64,000 nt of DNA from Candidatus Omnitrophota bacterium (lineage in GTDB: Bacteria; Ratteibacteria; UBA8468; MWAK01): the NCBI GenBank assembly GCA_043826355.1, contig JBDRQI010000012.1:10065-74064 (forward strand). Reading direction: 5' to 3'. The translations under genes and the position numbers were made by a program. Under the pieces are notes generated by a model. The model did not search any database. It had not been told where the DNA came from and worked only from the letters and a program-made list of their open reading frames with translations. Below, piece by piece: positions 18,376-28,580 of the stretch. How positions within the stretch are numbered: the first letter of the stretch is position 1; the number at the start of each line of letters is the position of its first letter.

Positions 18376-19536
18376 TTAGATTTCCAGTACCTTCTGTAGT
18401 GTATCCGAAAAGGCTTTCACCCCGGTTTTAGTGACACAAATCCCGTTCTCCCAACGCAGGCCGAAACTGGGATTATAGAGGAAGGTGTCAACCTGGAAGG
18501 TCATGTTTTCCCGCAAGGGGTAATCGGAATGGGATTCCATCCAGGGCCGTTCCACTTCAATCATGCCCAGCCCGTGACAGGGTCCGTAGAGAACGTTTTT
18601 TGCCACCCCTGTCTTTTTAGCGTAGTCAAAGAACTTTTGGGTTACCGTTTTAGCGATAACCCCGGCTTTTATCCATTCCATCGTCTTTAACTGCAAATCA
18701 AGACCTGCCTGGACCAGCCGCCGCATCTCCGCGGGCATCTTTCCGAAACAGAACGGTCTGCCCACGCTGCCGGAATATCCGGCTACCCGGCCGCCGACAC
18801 AAAGTTGGATGAGGTTGCCTTTGCCTAATTTTTTATAGCCGGGCCGGCCGATGGCGTGGTTGGAATTTTTGCCGGAAAGCACGTACTGCGGATGGGATTC
18901 ATACTCCGCGCCGTGGGCGTAAAGTTCCTTTTCGATAATACCCACTACCTGCAGTTCGGTCATTTCCGGTTTGACCTGTTTCAGGGTATTTTCCAGGGCG
19001 ATTTCGGAGACGCGAAAAGATTCCTGCAGCATCGCCAGTTCCGCCGGGCTCTTGATGATTCGCAAATCCGAGACGATATTACTCTTTACTATTTTTGTTC
19101 CCGGCAGCGCTTTTTTCAAGCTTTCGTAAATGGGCAGGGGAAAAATCTGGTAGCCTTCCAGGCCGATTTTTTTAATCTTTTTCTTTCCAAACATCTCACG
19201 GAAGATGCTTTCAAAGGTGTCAACTTTGATGCCAGGGTAATCCGGTTCCGCGCTTTCCCGGTACTCCACCATCTTGTAAATCTTTTTAATCCGGCTGCGG
19301 GCAACGGCAAAGGTTTCGCTCTCCGGGCCGATGATGAGGGCCGGTTCGCCTTCCGCGGGAACCAGTACGCCGGCGGACTCAAAGATGGGCCAGTAGTCGG
19401 AGAGATAGCGCACGCCGGCAAAATCCGCTTCATGGGAATGCACCAAGGCTAAATCCAGACCTTGCTTTTTTACACCTTCCCGAACTTTTTGCCACCGCAT
19501 CTTAAACTCTTTGTCCGGCAATCGCAAAATTTTCAT
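18376..19536 (-). CDS. M24/creatinase-fold hydrolase lacking the two metal-binding Asp
   Basis: VRYLS, LRIIKSPAE, HGLG, RWEN; CVGGRVAGYSGS where D-G...GY-xSD is expected. Confidence 0.8.
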   Translation of the reverse strand: MKILRLPDKEFKMRWQKVREGVKKQGLDLALVHSHEADFAGVRYLSDYWPIFESAGVLVPAEGEPALIIGPESETFAVARSRIKKIYKMVEYRESAEPDYPGIKVDTFESIFREMFGKKKIKKIGLEGYQIFPLPIYESLKKALPGTKIVKSNIVSDLRIIKSPAELAMLQESFRVSEIALENTLKQVKPEMTELQVVGIIEKELYAHGAEYESHPQYVLSGKNSNHAIGRPGYKKLGKGNLIQLCVGGRVAGYSGSVGRPFCFGKMPAEMRRLVQAGLDLQLKTMEWIKAGVIAKTVTQKFFDYAKKTGVAKNVLYGPCHGLGMIEVERPWMESHSDYPLRENMTFQVDTFLYNPSFGLRWENGICVTKTGVKAFSDTLQKVLEI

Positions 19537-19594
19537 AAAAACTCCTCTTGGTTTCCGAAACGTTACGCAATTTTAAGCGGAGGGGAACGTTTTA

Positions 19595-21592
19595 TTATTC
19601 AAAGACCACCATTTGATAGCCTTTTACCTCCGGTACGGTGACCGTCACATAACCATCTTCCTGTTTAAATTCCAGTTTTTTCCGGGAAGGAGCCAGGTAA
19701 ACCCCGGATACTTTTTGACCGTCAGTTCTTAGTGATATTCCAATGTTGTTTACCTTAATCGGTTCCTCGATAATCTGAATTTTCTTCCCCCTTAATTCCG
19801 GGAGGTAGGTGAGTAAGTGGACCATCCTGCTTTTATCTTTTTGGGTAACCGTAACCTGTCCGAAGGAAGGAAAGTTAAGAACCCTTACCAGTGGTTTTAT
19901 CAAAGTCTTTTCGAGACAGTTCCGGACTAAATTTTTATAGGCCACGACCGCATGCTCAAAATAACCGGTAAAAACCGGAAAACTGAAATGGAAGATATTG
20001 TTGCAGCGGACCAGGGCCGGCCGGCCGGAATCTTTTTCCGGCGGAATGTATAAATTCTCGTGGTACCCGTCCCAGGACGAAAGGTTGAAATAGGGCTGGT
20101 ACAGTTTCGCCAGAACGCGCGCCCCTTTTTTCGGCTTTATCGCGATGCCGGAATTGTAAATCGTGGTAAGCGTTTTTGGCAAATCCCGGTTGATTTCCGG
20201 AAGAGGCTCAAAAAAAGAGTAATGATAAGGTTCCAAACCTTCGTAAGCAATCTGGTATTCTTTCAAAGCGAAATCTGTCTTTCCCGTATTCAGCCCGGAA
20301 TAGGCGGAACTGATGATAACCCCCCCATTTTTTAAGTATTTTTGTAGTTTCTCTTTCAATTCATCATCAACCAGCACCCGGTCCGGCAGGACCACTGCCT
20401 TATAAGGTGACAGGTCACCATCACCGAGACTTATGTTAAACTGGTATTTTAGTTCCATCAACATCCGGGTGGCGCCGGCAAGGCAATTATACCCGCGGCA
20501 GAAGTCGTCCGCCCAACCGAAGTCTTCCGGGAACCGCCGAAGCGCCGGGTCCACAATCACAATGTCGGTCAAAGGTTTGGCGGTATAGGTCCACGGTTCC
20601 AGCGGTTTGATTTGACTGTAGACCTTACCGATTAAATCATAAACCGCCGGTTCCAATCTTCCTTTAGGGTGCATGTGGTCGCCGACCATGCAGGTTCCGG
20701 CGTTTGCAATGGAATTGCAGCAATCAAAGAGCATGGAGTGTTCTGGCCTTAAACCGCCAAAATCACCCCAGCTTTCGTGAAACCGGCCGGTCATGGTAAG
20801 GTAAGGTTTTTTCAGGGTGCGGGCGTAACGGATGACGAAGGGCAGAAAATCGTAGCCCCAGCCGCCGGTGGGCAAGAACTCTATTTCCAGATGGTCCTGG
20901 TCCTGGTAAGACAGACCGTTAAAGTAGAGATAAGCATCCTTCCGGCTCTTCTTGACTAATTTCGTTGCTTCTTTCCGGAACCGGGCGGTCACAATCCGGC
21001 AGAACTCTTTGGCCTGGTGTTCGTCAAAATGGTCCATACCCAACTTCTTCATTCCGTCCAGGCATTCTGCACCATAACAGGCATCATGGGTGAAACAGTC
21101 TAAAAAAATGCCGTCAACCGGATATTTTTCTACTACTTCTTGAACCATTCCCAGAAGATGTTCGCCGTAGCCGGTATTGAGACACATCCGGCGGAAGAAG
21201 TTGTTCTGCTGTTTCTGCTTTATTGCTTGCATTTCATAGACCTGGCCCTCTTTGTTTACTTTGCACCATTCCCGGTGTCTTACGGCATGTTCGTGGTCAA
21301 GGCCTGCGTTAAGGTAGGCCGCCACCCGAATATTCTCTTTGTGGCAGGCTTCCACCATCGGTCCCAGCAAGTCCGGCTTTTTCAACCCGGGGTGGGGAGT
21401 GCCGATTTTGGTCGGATAGTAGGCAAAACCCAGGTTGCATCGCGCGAAGACCGTAATGTAATCAACGCCGGCACGTTTAAGCGTCCCGGCAAACTCTTCC
21501 GCCTTAAAATCCCGGCCGACATCATAAATTCCCGGCATAGTGTGAAAATCAAGGTGAATGGCGCGTTTGGGAAAATTTTTTATAGTTTTCAT
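19595..21592 (-). CDS. putative glycoside hydrolase (GHL6-like TIM barrel with beta-galactosidase trimerisation-like domain)
   Basis: IHLDFHT, YYPTKIG..HPGL, MCLNTGY, YPVDGIFLD, RFHESWGDFGG. Confidence 0.75.
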   Translation of the reverse strand: MKTIKNFPKRAIHLDFHTMPGIYDVGRDFKAEEFAGTLKRAGVDYITVFARCNLGFAYYPTKIGTPHPGLKKPDLLGPMVEACHKENIRVAAYLNAGLDHEHAVRHREWCKVNKEGQVYEMQAIKQKQQNNFFRRMCLNTGYGEHLLGMVQEVVEKYPVDGIFLDCFTHDACYGAECLDGMKKLGMDHFDEHQAKEFCRIVTARFRKEATKLVKKSRKDAYLYFNGLSYQDQDHLEIEFLPTGGWGYDFLPFVIRYARTLKKPYLTMTGRFHESWGDFGGLRPEHSMLFDCCNSIANAGTCMVGDHMHPKGRLEPAVYDLIGKVYSQIKPLEPWTYTAKPLTDIVIVDPALRRFPEDFGWADDFCRGYNCLAGATRMLMELKYQFNISLGDGDLSPYKAVVLPDRVLVDDELKEKLQKYLKNGGVIISSAYSGLNTGKTDFALKEYQIAYEGLEPYHYSFFEPLPEINRDLPKTLTTIYNSGIAIKPKKGARVLAKLYQPYFNLSSWDGYHENLYIPPEKDSGRPALVRCNNIFHFSFPVFTGYFEHAVVAYKNLVRNCLEKTLIKPLVRVLNFPSFGQVTVTQKDKSRMVHLLTYLPELRGKKIQIIEEPIKVNNIGISLRTDGQKVSGVYLAPSRKKLEFKQEDGYVTVTVPEVKGYQMVVFE

Positions 21593-21679
21593 GGGGCTTA
21601 TTATAACATTATACTGATAAAACCTTCCAATTACTTCTTAATTTGTTCTGATAGTCACCCCATCCTGTTTCTTCATTTA

Positions 21680-23848
21680 CTATTTCTGTGGATTTTTCCT
21701 CAGGGTGGAACGATACGCCTTCAGCGTGTGCGTCAACAGATTGTCCAGCTGGCGGAGTTTCCACTCCAGGTGCCATTTATCGGTCATGTACTCCATCGAC
21801 GGCTCCCAGCCGAGTCTGGAGTCGGCATCCGCCAACGGAACGGCCGATTCCACATTGATGCGTTCAGCGTGGGCGATCGCCTCGAGCTCATCCATGATTT
21901 CGCCGGCTGTCTCGAAATCCCATTCGATTTCCAGTCGTTTGTTTAAAAGCCACCAGCGTTTTACATGCAGCATGGTACGCAACCCGTGTCCGAAGAACCT
22001 TCCCACGCCGGCGATCTTCGCGGCTCGTTTCCGTTTTGCCGGCGGGGTCGCCGCCAAGGCTTTGACCATCAGGACACTGCCTTCATCCCAAAGGGCGAGA
22101 GCCTTTTCGAGGATGGGGATTTCCTCGCGTATCCGACGGCCGCAAGCGGTATGTCCGTAGATGTGTTCCGGGTTGTACAGCGTATGCAGTATTTTCGCGC
22201 CGAAATGGGCGGCGGGATTGTCCGGGAACTTCATTTTCTGTTCTGCGTACGGATACAGGCAGGGATGAAAAACCAGCGGATACGCCGGGCCGATTCTCAA
22301 AGGCCCCGCCTGATCGTCGAATCCCGGGATGTACGAGGCGATGGCCTCGCTCCATTTCCGCCAGGCGGCGACCGCGGTTTCCGCCGCCGCGCCAAAATCA
22401 CGGGCGGCGATCTTCAACAGCAACTGGTTGAGGTCGACTTCCGGGTTCCAGAAACTCCATTTGGCGCATTCACAAACCGGCGACGGCCACCAGCCGTAAT
22501 GATGCGAGTCCATCAGGCCGCTCAAACCCCATTTTTCCTTGGCCGCGCGCAGTTTGGCATACCTTTTAAACCATTGTTGCGGCGTCGGGATGTAGGGAAC
22601 CACGCCCATGTCCCAGGTCATTCCGCCGGTGTTGGACATGGTGTAGAGCCGCAGGCCGCGCCTGCTCGCGGCTTCGGCCTCGCTGGTGAAATAGCGTCCC
22701 GGTCCGACGGAGGTTATCGTGTAGTCCGGAACCAGGGCGGTATAATTTTCCAGTTCCACCGGCTCAAACATCTCAAAAGTTACCAGCAGCGAAACGTCCA
22801 ACGGCAATGAATCTATCAACTCAAGGCGCGGTTTTTCCGGCGCCCATCCCCAATTATAAGTCCAGAAAACCACGTCCGCGTCGGGTTGATAACGCCTGAC
22901 TGCCTTTTTTATGGCGTTCAGCCATTGCGGATAGTCCCGGCAGGGCCACCAGCCCGGGGCGGAGCGATGGTCGGCAATGCCCGCGTTCTCGGAGTTGTTG
23001 TCATCCGACGCCCGTCCGCTGGTCGCCGGGTCTTTGCTGGGGAACTGGCAGGACTCGCCCACCAGGATTATGCCCTTGGCTCCCGGGCAATGCTTGAACA
23101 GAGTTCCGTAGCCCGCCTCGAAAAACGCGTCGGAGTCGGGGTCATCAGGATGCTTGAAACTGTTCAGGTAGCTGTAGAAGTAGACGTCCAGCCCGAATCG
23201 GCCGGCCCGGCGGATCAGGTCGTTGAAATCCATTTGCCCACGCGTAGTCCGGTCTACCCCCTTGGCGAAGACCAGGATGGTATCGAAGCCGGCGTGGGCG
23301 ATGGCGTTCAGATGTACGTCAGGAAACTCGTCAAGACCCCAACCGGAATGAACCATGCGCGGGGAAAACAGCGGTTTCCGAAAAACGGGTCCGTCGGTTG
23401 TCTCCACAAACGGCGCCTCCCGAAGGTTCATCAAGTCCTCCAGGTAATAACATCCCTGGGCGGTTCCGCGAGGTGATTCTCCGATAATACGAATGTCGTC
23501 TTTGCGGCATTCAATTGCGTAAGCTCGAGGATTCTCGTTTAGGCCCTTGTCGTCAAGAAAAATGGTCTTCTTGTCGCCGGCGACATCCGTTTGAATCGCC
23601 AGCGATACGCCCATACTGGTAAAGAAATAATCCTGCAAGTCCTTAGCGGCGTCTATTATCGGTAGCGCCACCCCTTTGCGGACGGCGATCTGCCAGTCCG
23701 CGTCGACGACAATCTCATCCGTTTCGGGAGTCGCGTCGGGATTACGCCGGTCCGGCAGATGTGTTTGAGCTAAAAATTCTCGAAACTGATAATTATTTTC
23801 TGGCAATAGTCGGGTGTTTAAAAATTGATTTTTTGAAATAATTTCCAT
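21680..23848 (-). CDS. hypothetical glycoside-hydrolase-like protein (GH20-type N-terminal domain)
   Basis: 722-aa ORF; IRIIGESPRGTAQGCYYLED, RKPLFSPRMVH resemble the hexosaminidase-like N-domain. Confidence 0.6.
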   Translation of the reverse strand: MEIISKNQFLNTRLLPENNYQFREFLAQTHLPDRRNPDATPETDEIVVDADWQIAVRKGVALPIIDAAKDLQDYFFTSMGVSLAIQTDVAGDKKTIFLDDKGLNENPRAYAIECRKDDIRIIGESPRGTAQGCYYLEDLMNLREAPFVETTDGPVFRKPLFSPRMVHSGWGLDEFPDVHLNAIAHAGFDTILVFAKGVDRTTRGQMDFNDLIRRAGRFGLDVYFYSYLNSFKHPDDPDSDAFFEAGYGTLFKHCPGAKGIILVGESCQFPSKDPATSGRASDDNNSENAGIADHRSAPGWWPCRDYPQWLNAIKKAVRRYQPDADVVFWTYNWGWAPEKPRLELIDSLPLDVSLLVTFEMFEPVELENYTALVPDYTITSVGPGRYFTSEAEAASRRGLRLYTMSNTGGMTWDMGVVPYIPTPQQWFKRYAKLRAAKEKWGLSGLMDSHHYGWWPSPVCECAKWSFWNPEVDLNQLLLKIAARDFGAAAETAVAAWRKWSEAIASYIPGFDDQAGPLRIGPAYPLVFHPCLYPYAEQKMKFPDNPAAHFGAKILHTLYNPEHIYGHTACGRRIREEIPILEKALALWDEGSVLMVKALAATPPAKRKRAAKIAGVGRFFGHGLRTMLHVKRWWLLNKRLEIEWDFETAGEIMDELEAIAHAERINVESAVPLADADSRLGWEPSMEYMTDKWHLEWKLRQLDNLLTHTLKAYRSTLRKNPQK

Positions 23849-23949
23849 TTTTTTGTTTTCCTTTTATTTAGAAATTTTTTGGAGATTTTTTGGAGACGGC
23901 AATGAGTATCTTAAATATTTCATAATCGAAACACTCATTTTGTGATTTT

Positions 23950-24139
23950 TTACCGGACCCGTGCCGCCTGCAGGTTTTCGGTGCTGTCCTGAGGGTTATA
24001 GCCCCACCATTCGGTGCGCGCTTTCTGACATTCCCCTGATTGTACCCGGGCGAGTTCCTCGCTGAAATCAGCCGCCCGGACGCATGCACTCACCAGAAGC
24101 AGCAGCAATGACACTGTGCATGCGCGCAGAAATTTCATC
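23950..24139 (-). pseudogene. truncated secreted beta-helix (pectin-lyase-like) protein stub
   Basis: Signal peptide (MKFLRACTVSLLLLLVSA..RA) then WWGYNPQDSTENLQAA, like the DxTxxLQAAID start of beta-helix proteins, then an abrupt stop. Confidence 0.55.
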
Positions 24140-24240
24140 TTTCCCGCTATGGTTGGCATACGGAACCGCTTCCTTTCGTAAAAAAATAAACTTATAGTGT
24201 TTTTCTCTTTAAAACTATAAGTTTCTCCTCAACCCGGGGT

Positions 24241-25254
24241 TTATCCGATTATTTTAGTGATCAGATTTTTTAATTCTCCCTGTTCTTTAAAGACCGCGAA
24301 GGAGGTCAGGGAGATAAGTTGAGAGCCGGTCAGCCTGCCTTTCCGGACATCGGCGCCGCCGATTGTTTCCAGTTCAAAGAAGTTCATGTCTGACCCGGAA
24401 TTGAATATGCTGTATGTGTCGGCTGCCGAGAAAGGGCCTTCCGGCTGTTCGTTGTCCGCGATGTTAAAGTAAAGTTTTCCGGCTGGTTTAGCCAGGTTCT
24501 GCCGCACACACAAAATGTTTCGTTTCAGGTCGAAGAAACCGACCATTTGCGGATTAGCGTTCTGCTTGATGCCGACCTGTCCTTTTTTCAACCCGTCGGT
24601 CCGGTAGGTAAAACCGTTCCGGTGATAAGTAATCCTGTCTCCGGGATGCTCGTAAAAGTCAAAATTGATCGCTCTTTCCGGTTTTTTCACCGGGCAGAAC
24701 GAAACCGTATCTTTGGTTGCGTCAAACTGTTCCAGCGTCCAGCCGGCGATGAGACCTTCTTCCAGGCTGACCGGGTTGAGCACTTCAAACGAATCGGTGG
24801 TTGTGTAAACAAGGGAACCTTTTAAGTTGCAGGTGCGGAGAAGGGAAGGCAGGGGTGAGGAGGCCAGTTCTCTTTTCATTCGGGTTTCCACGATTTTACC
24901 GGTCCGGTTCCGGAGGGATACTTCTTTTTCAATGAGGGCTGAAACGCGGTCAAACGATTTTACCTCAAACGGCTGATTGTTGATCGCTTCCTGAACGTAC
25001 CACTGCTCTCCGCAATAATTGAACCCGAATTTCCCGCCTTCCGGCGCCGGCCAGAAGTTACCGCCGCCGAAGTTGTTGAAAGGCTGGTTTGGATTTGACG
25101 CGTTATTCAGGTCAATCCGGTGCATGGTTAAGCCGCAGACTTGGGCAAAAACCCTTCCACCCATATCTGGAGCCAGGCAAAAAGCGGAATTCTCTGCGCC
25201 GAATTGCAGCAAGGAACCTTTTTTTATTTTTTGCAGTTCACGGTATTTATCCAT
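24241..25254 (-). CDS. hypothetical protein, DUF6786-like / mutarotase-like fold
   Basis: PDMGGRV, NFGGGNFWPAPEGG, FFELE. Confidence 0.6.
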   Translation of the reverse strand: MDKYRELQKIKKGSLLQFGAENSAFCLAPDMGGRVFAQVCGLTMHRIDLNNASNPNQPFNNFGGGNFWPAPEGGKFGFNYCGEQWYVQEAINNQPFEVKSFDRVSALIEKEVSLRNRTGKIVETRMKRELASSPLPSLLRTCNLKGSLVYTTTDSFEVLNPVSLEEGLIAGWTLEQFDATKDTVSFCPVKKPERAINFDFYEHPGDRITYHRNGFTYRTDGLKKGQVGIKQNANPQMVGFFDLKRNILCVRQNLAKPAGKLYFNIADNEQPEGPFSAADTYSIFNSGSDMNFFELETIGGADVRKGRLTGSQLISLTSFAVFKEQGELKNLITKIIG

Positions 25255-25293
25255 GGGAGGGTTTAGTTGTTCACGGAAATCCCCGTAGAGTTA

Positions 25294-27404
25294 TCAAGAA
25301 GCCGTCTGTTCAATAATGATTGCGGCATAAGCGTTGATTTTGGAAACGGTAATCTTAAGTCGTTTGCCGTTATCTTTCACCTTGACTTGAGCGTGGCGGG
25401 CGGATACGGTCTGTTTTAGGTATGGTTTTTTCAGGTCAAGCTCAACCTCGCAGACCGGGATGACCTCGGTTATTTGACGGCTGTTGGTTGGCAGCGTCCA
25501 GGGAACGGAACGATTAGACAGGTGAATAATGGTGCGGTTCCGTGCTTTTTGTTCCCAAACGGTAACTTCAACCGTGCGCGGGGCTTTAACTCCTAATTGT
25601 CGTTTTGGCAGGATAGTATCAAGCAATCCTTCCATCCGTTCTCCGATATGCTGGTCTCCGTATTTGGAATAGAACCGGCCAATGTCGAAAGAGACGTAAA
25701 GGGCTTTTCCCTTTCCGAATTCATTGACGGTAAAGATTGGCCAGTCGGTAGAATTCATCGGTAACGGATCTTTTAATCCGGCCACCGAACCGGCCGGATC
25801 TGTTTCGATGAGACGCGCGATAATTTTTCCGGTGCCGGTAACCTTTTCCAAAATACCGCCGGCCGGTTCCGGTTCAATCTGCCCTTCTATTGCAAAAGGC
25901 CCTTCAAAGGTTTCCTTAAAGGAAACGCCTAATACGTCACCCAGGCGAAAATCCATCAGCCTGTTACCTTTTTCGTCCCTCAATGAAGTTTCAGCTGAGG
26001 CCAGAATTCTTCCGCCGCTGCGCGCATAGGAGCGAATAGACTCACAGAAGGCATCACTGAGGTTGGCGGCATTCGGCAAAACGATGAGGTTGTATCTTGA
26101 TAAAGCATCACGATTGTCCGCTTCTTCGGCAATCAGGATGTCAAAGGGCAGGTGCGCTTCAATTAACAGCCGCGCCCACCCCGATAATTCCTCAATCCAC
26201 TGAACCGGGTGTTCGCCCGGCTCAAAGTACTTACGCGTTGCCCAGGAGAAAACGAGCGCAATCCGAGCCGTAGAGGTTGAGTCTTGGTCAAGGTCGGCAT
26301 TTTCCATGTAGAAATCAAGGCCTTTCTTTACGTTTGCCAGCATTTTTTGGGCCGAGGTGGTGTCCGGATATGCTCCTACACCGCAGGGGCCAAAGACCTT
26401 GCAACCGTTGGTTTTACAGGAAGAGGCGTAAATTTGCCACTGCGCCTCGGAAATCGGCCAGTGGCCGTAATTTAATACGGTAGAGGTGCGCAAAATCCAG
26501 GAGGGTTTTCCGACTGCGCGCTGCCAGCGGACACCAATGCTGGTGGAATTCAGGTCTGACTCGGGCACCAGGAATGCGTCAAAACACTCCGAAACATACA
26601 CATCCAACGATTTTAGCCATTCTTTATCAAGGCCGGAGATTGCCGGCATATAAAGCGGAGAGAAAGCATTGTGAGCTGCTAAGACCCCATATTCCCTGAG
26701 GATAGCGGTAACTTTTTCCAGAAACGAGGCGCTAACCTCACAACGCCAATCAATGAAATTTGCCCAGTGTTTGTTCACCGCTTCCCGGGTAATATCCCCG
26801 GTTCCGCATATTTTTTCTAATATCGGCCGGCAGTAATTACATACACAGATATCGGGATTGAAAAACATATCAAGATGAAAAGCATCCGGCCGGTAACGAG
26901 CGGCGATTTCCCGGGTTATCGCCAGAATCTGCCACGGTGCGGAGAATTCAGACAAGGAGCTCTCCAGGCGCCTCCGGGCAGCGCCTGGATACGTCCGTTT
27001 GTCTTTTCGGGCTGCGCCCAGGAGGCGAGGGGCTGTTCCCGGTAATAAGGATCATCCCGGTGGCCGATTGGGATAAAATTCCATTCTGCGTGTTTGGAGT
27101 CGAGCCAATTAACATACAAGACTACCTTTTTCCCTTGTTTTCGCAAACGCAGAAGAATGTCTCCGACGTAATCTTGACCTTTTAAGTTAGGATGTTGGGG
27201 CCATATCCGGCTCGGATAATAAGCAATACCAAACTGGTTTGTAGCGTAAATGACGATAATATCCGTGCCGGTTAACGTCAGTTCTTCGGCAATACGGGCC
27301 GGGTCATATTTGGCAAAGGCCGTATCCTGTTCGTTTAGAGCATACTGGTCATACCAGTAAATGCGGTTTCTTTTGTTAACCCAGTTATTTGTTAAGGATT
27401 TCAT
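25294..27404 (-). pseudogene. GHL6-like glycoside hydrolase split by a 1-nt frameshift
   Basis: ORF 26916-27404 (YYPSRIWPQHPNL..CLNSPHR) joins ORF 25294-26955 (QILAITREI..PDAFHLD) at CGT-GG-CAG, 26932-26933; paralogous to 19595-21592. Confidence 0.75.
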
Positions 27405-28551
27405 CCATTTTGCGGCTGAACGGAACCGGACCGTTTTCGGTTATCTCGTATCCGGTTTCAATCCGGGCGCCGTTGAATTCCGGGTGGCCGAAGAAGCTGA
27501 CGTCGATACAAACGGCCATACCCGGCCTTAAAACATCATCGCTGTTTGGGCCAAAAAAGGGAGATTCGGCTTCATGCAGCCCGATGGTGTGGGCAAAAGG
27601 ACAGACCAGGTAATGCGAGAATTCGTGTTTTTTGAAGTAGGCACGAGCCGGAGCGTCCACCTCCCGGCCGGTTTTGCCGACCACCAACTGTTCCCTGGTC
27701 AACCGAAAGGCTTCTTTCAGATGTTTTATGCATTCTTTTTGTTGCTCGGTGTAAATCCCGGAGACCGGCAGGGTATCGCCGACCACTCCGGCATAGCCCT
27801 GCACCTTGGGTGCGAGGCCGACCATTACCATCTCACCGGCCGCCAATTTTTTAGCGCTGGCGGTCGGTACCACCGCGTTGCTCCTTTTTCCGCTTCCGAC
27901 GATAGCGGTAAATCCGAAACCGCTGGCCCCGCGGGAGCGGGCCGCGTATTCCCCGGCAGCGGCCACTTCAATTTCGGAAACGCCGGCTGTTATCTTTTTT
28001 TTCATCGCCTCATAACAGAAATCAGCCAGCTTGAACGCTTCCCGTATTTGATTGATTTCCCAGGAGGATTTGATATACCGCAGTTCTACGAATTCCCGTG
28101 TTATATCAACCAGTTCCACGCCGGTAAAACCCTTGGCGATCTGCCGGTAACAATCAGCCGGCATCCGTCCGGCGCCGACCAAACCAACCCGCTTTAATTT
28201 CCCCAACCTGGAATTTAATTCTGCGAAAAGTTTAGGAAAATCGATAATTTCGGCGTTGGGGTACTCTTCGTCCGGCACCATAAAGACCGGGAAGTTCCTG
28301 GTTTCAGTAATCGCGCTGTCCAGTTTGGCGAACGGTTCGCTCTCCGGGCCGCCCAGGATTATCGGTTCGCCTTCTCTGGGGACCAGAACCGCCCCGCTTT
28401 CAAACTGGGGACACCAGCCGGTCAGATACCAGCCGTTACCGATATTGAACTCATCGTAATAGACCAGCGCCACATCCAATTTCTTTTCGGCCATGACCTT
28501 TTTCGTTTTGGCCAACCGTAAATCCCGCTCTTCTTTTGTCAAATATGCCAT
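27385..28551 (-). CDS. M24/creatinase-fold hydrolase lacking the two metal-binding Asp
   Basis: LRYIKS, HTIGL, RIET; GLAPKVQGYAGV replaces the Asp motif; N-terminus similar to 18376-19536. Confidence 0.8.
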   Translation of the reverse strand: MAYLTKEERDLRLAKTKKVMAEKKLDVALVYYDEFNIGNGWYLTGWCPQFESGAVLVPREGEPIILGGPESEPFAKLDSAITETRNFPVFMVPDEEYPNAEIIDFPKLFAELNSRLGKLKRVGLVGAGRMPADCYRQIAKGFTGVELVDITREFVELRYIKSSWEINQIREAFKLADFCYEAMKKKITAGVSEIEVAAAGEYAARSRGASGFGFTAIVGSGKRSNAVVPTASAKKLAAGEMVMVGLAPKVQGYAGVVGDTLPVSGIYTEQQKECIKHLKEAFRLTREQLVVGKTGREVDAPARAYFKKHEFSHYLVCPFAHTIGLHEAESPFFGPNSDDVLRPGMAVCIDVSFFGHPEFNGARIETGYEITENGPVPFSRKMDEILNK

Positions 28552-28580
28552 TGTTTCTCCTTTTGAAATGGATTACCGTT

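Noticed and set aside
21140..23476. Long plus-strand ORFs (268, 281, 196 aa)
   Set aside because: Antisense to well-supported genes, with no motifs.
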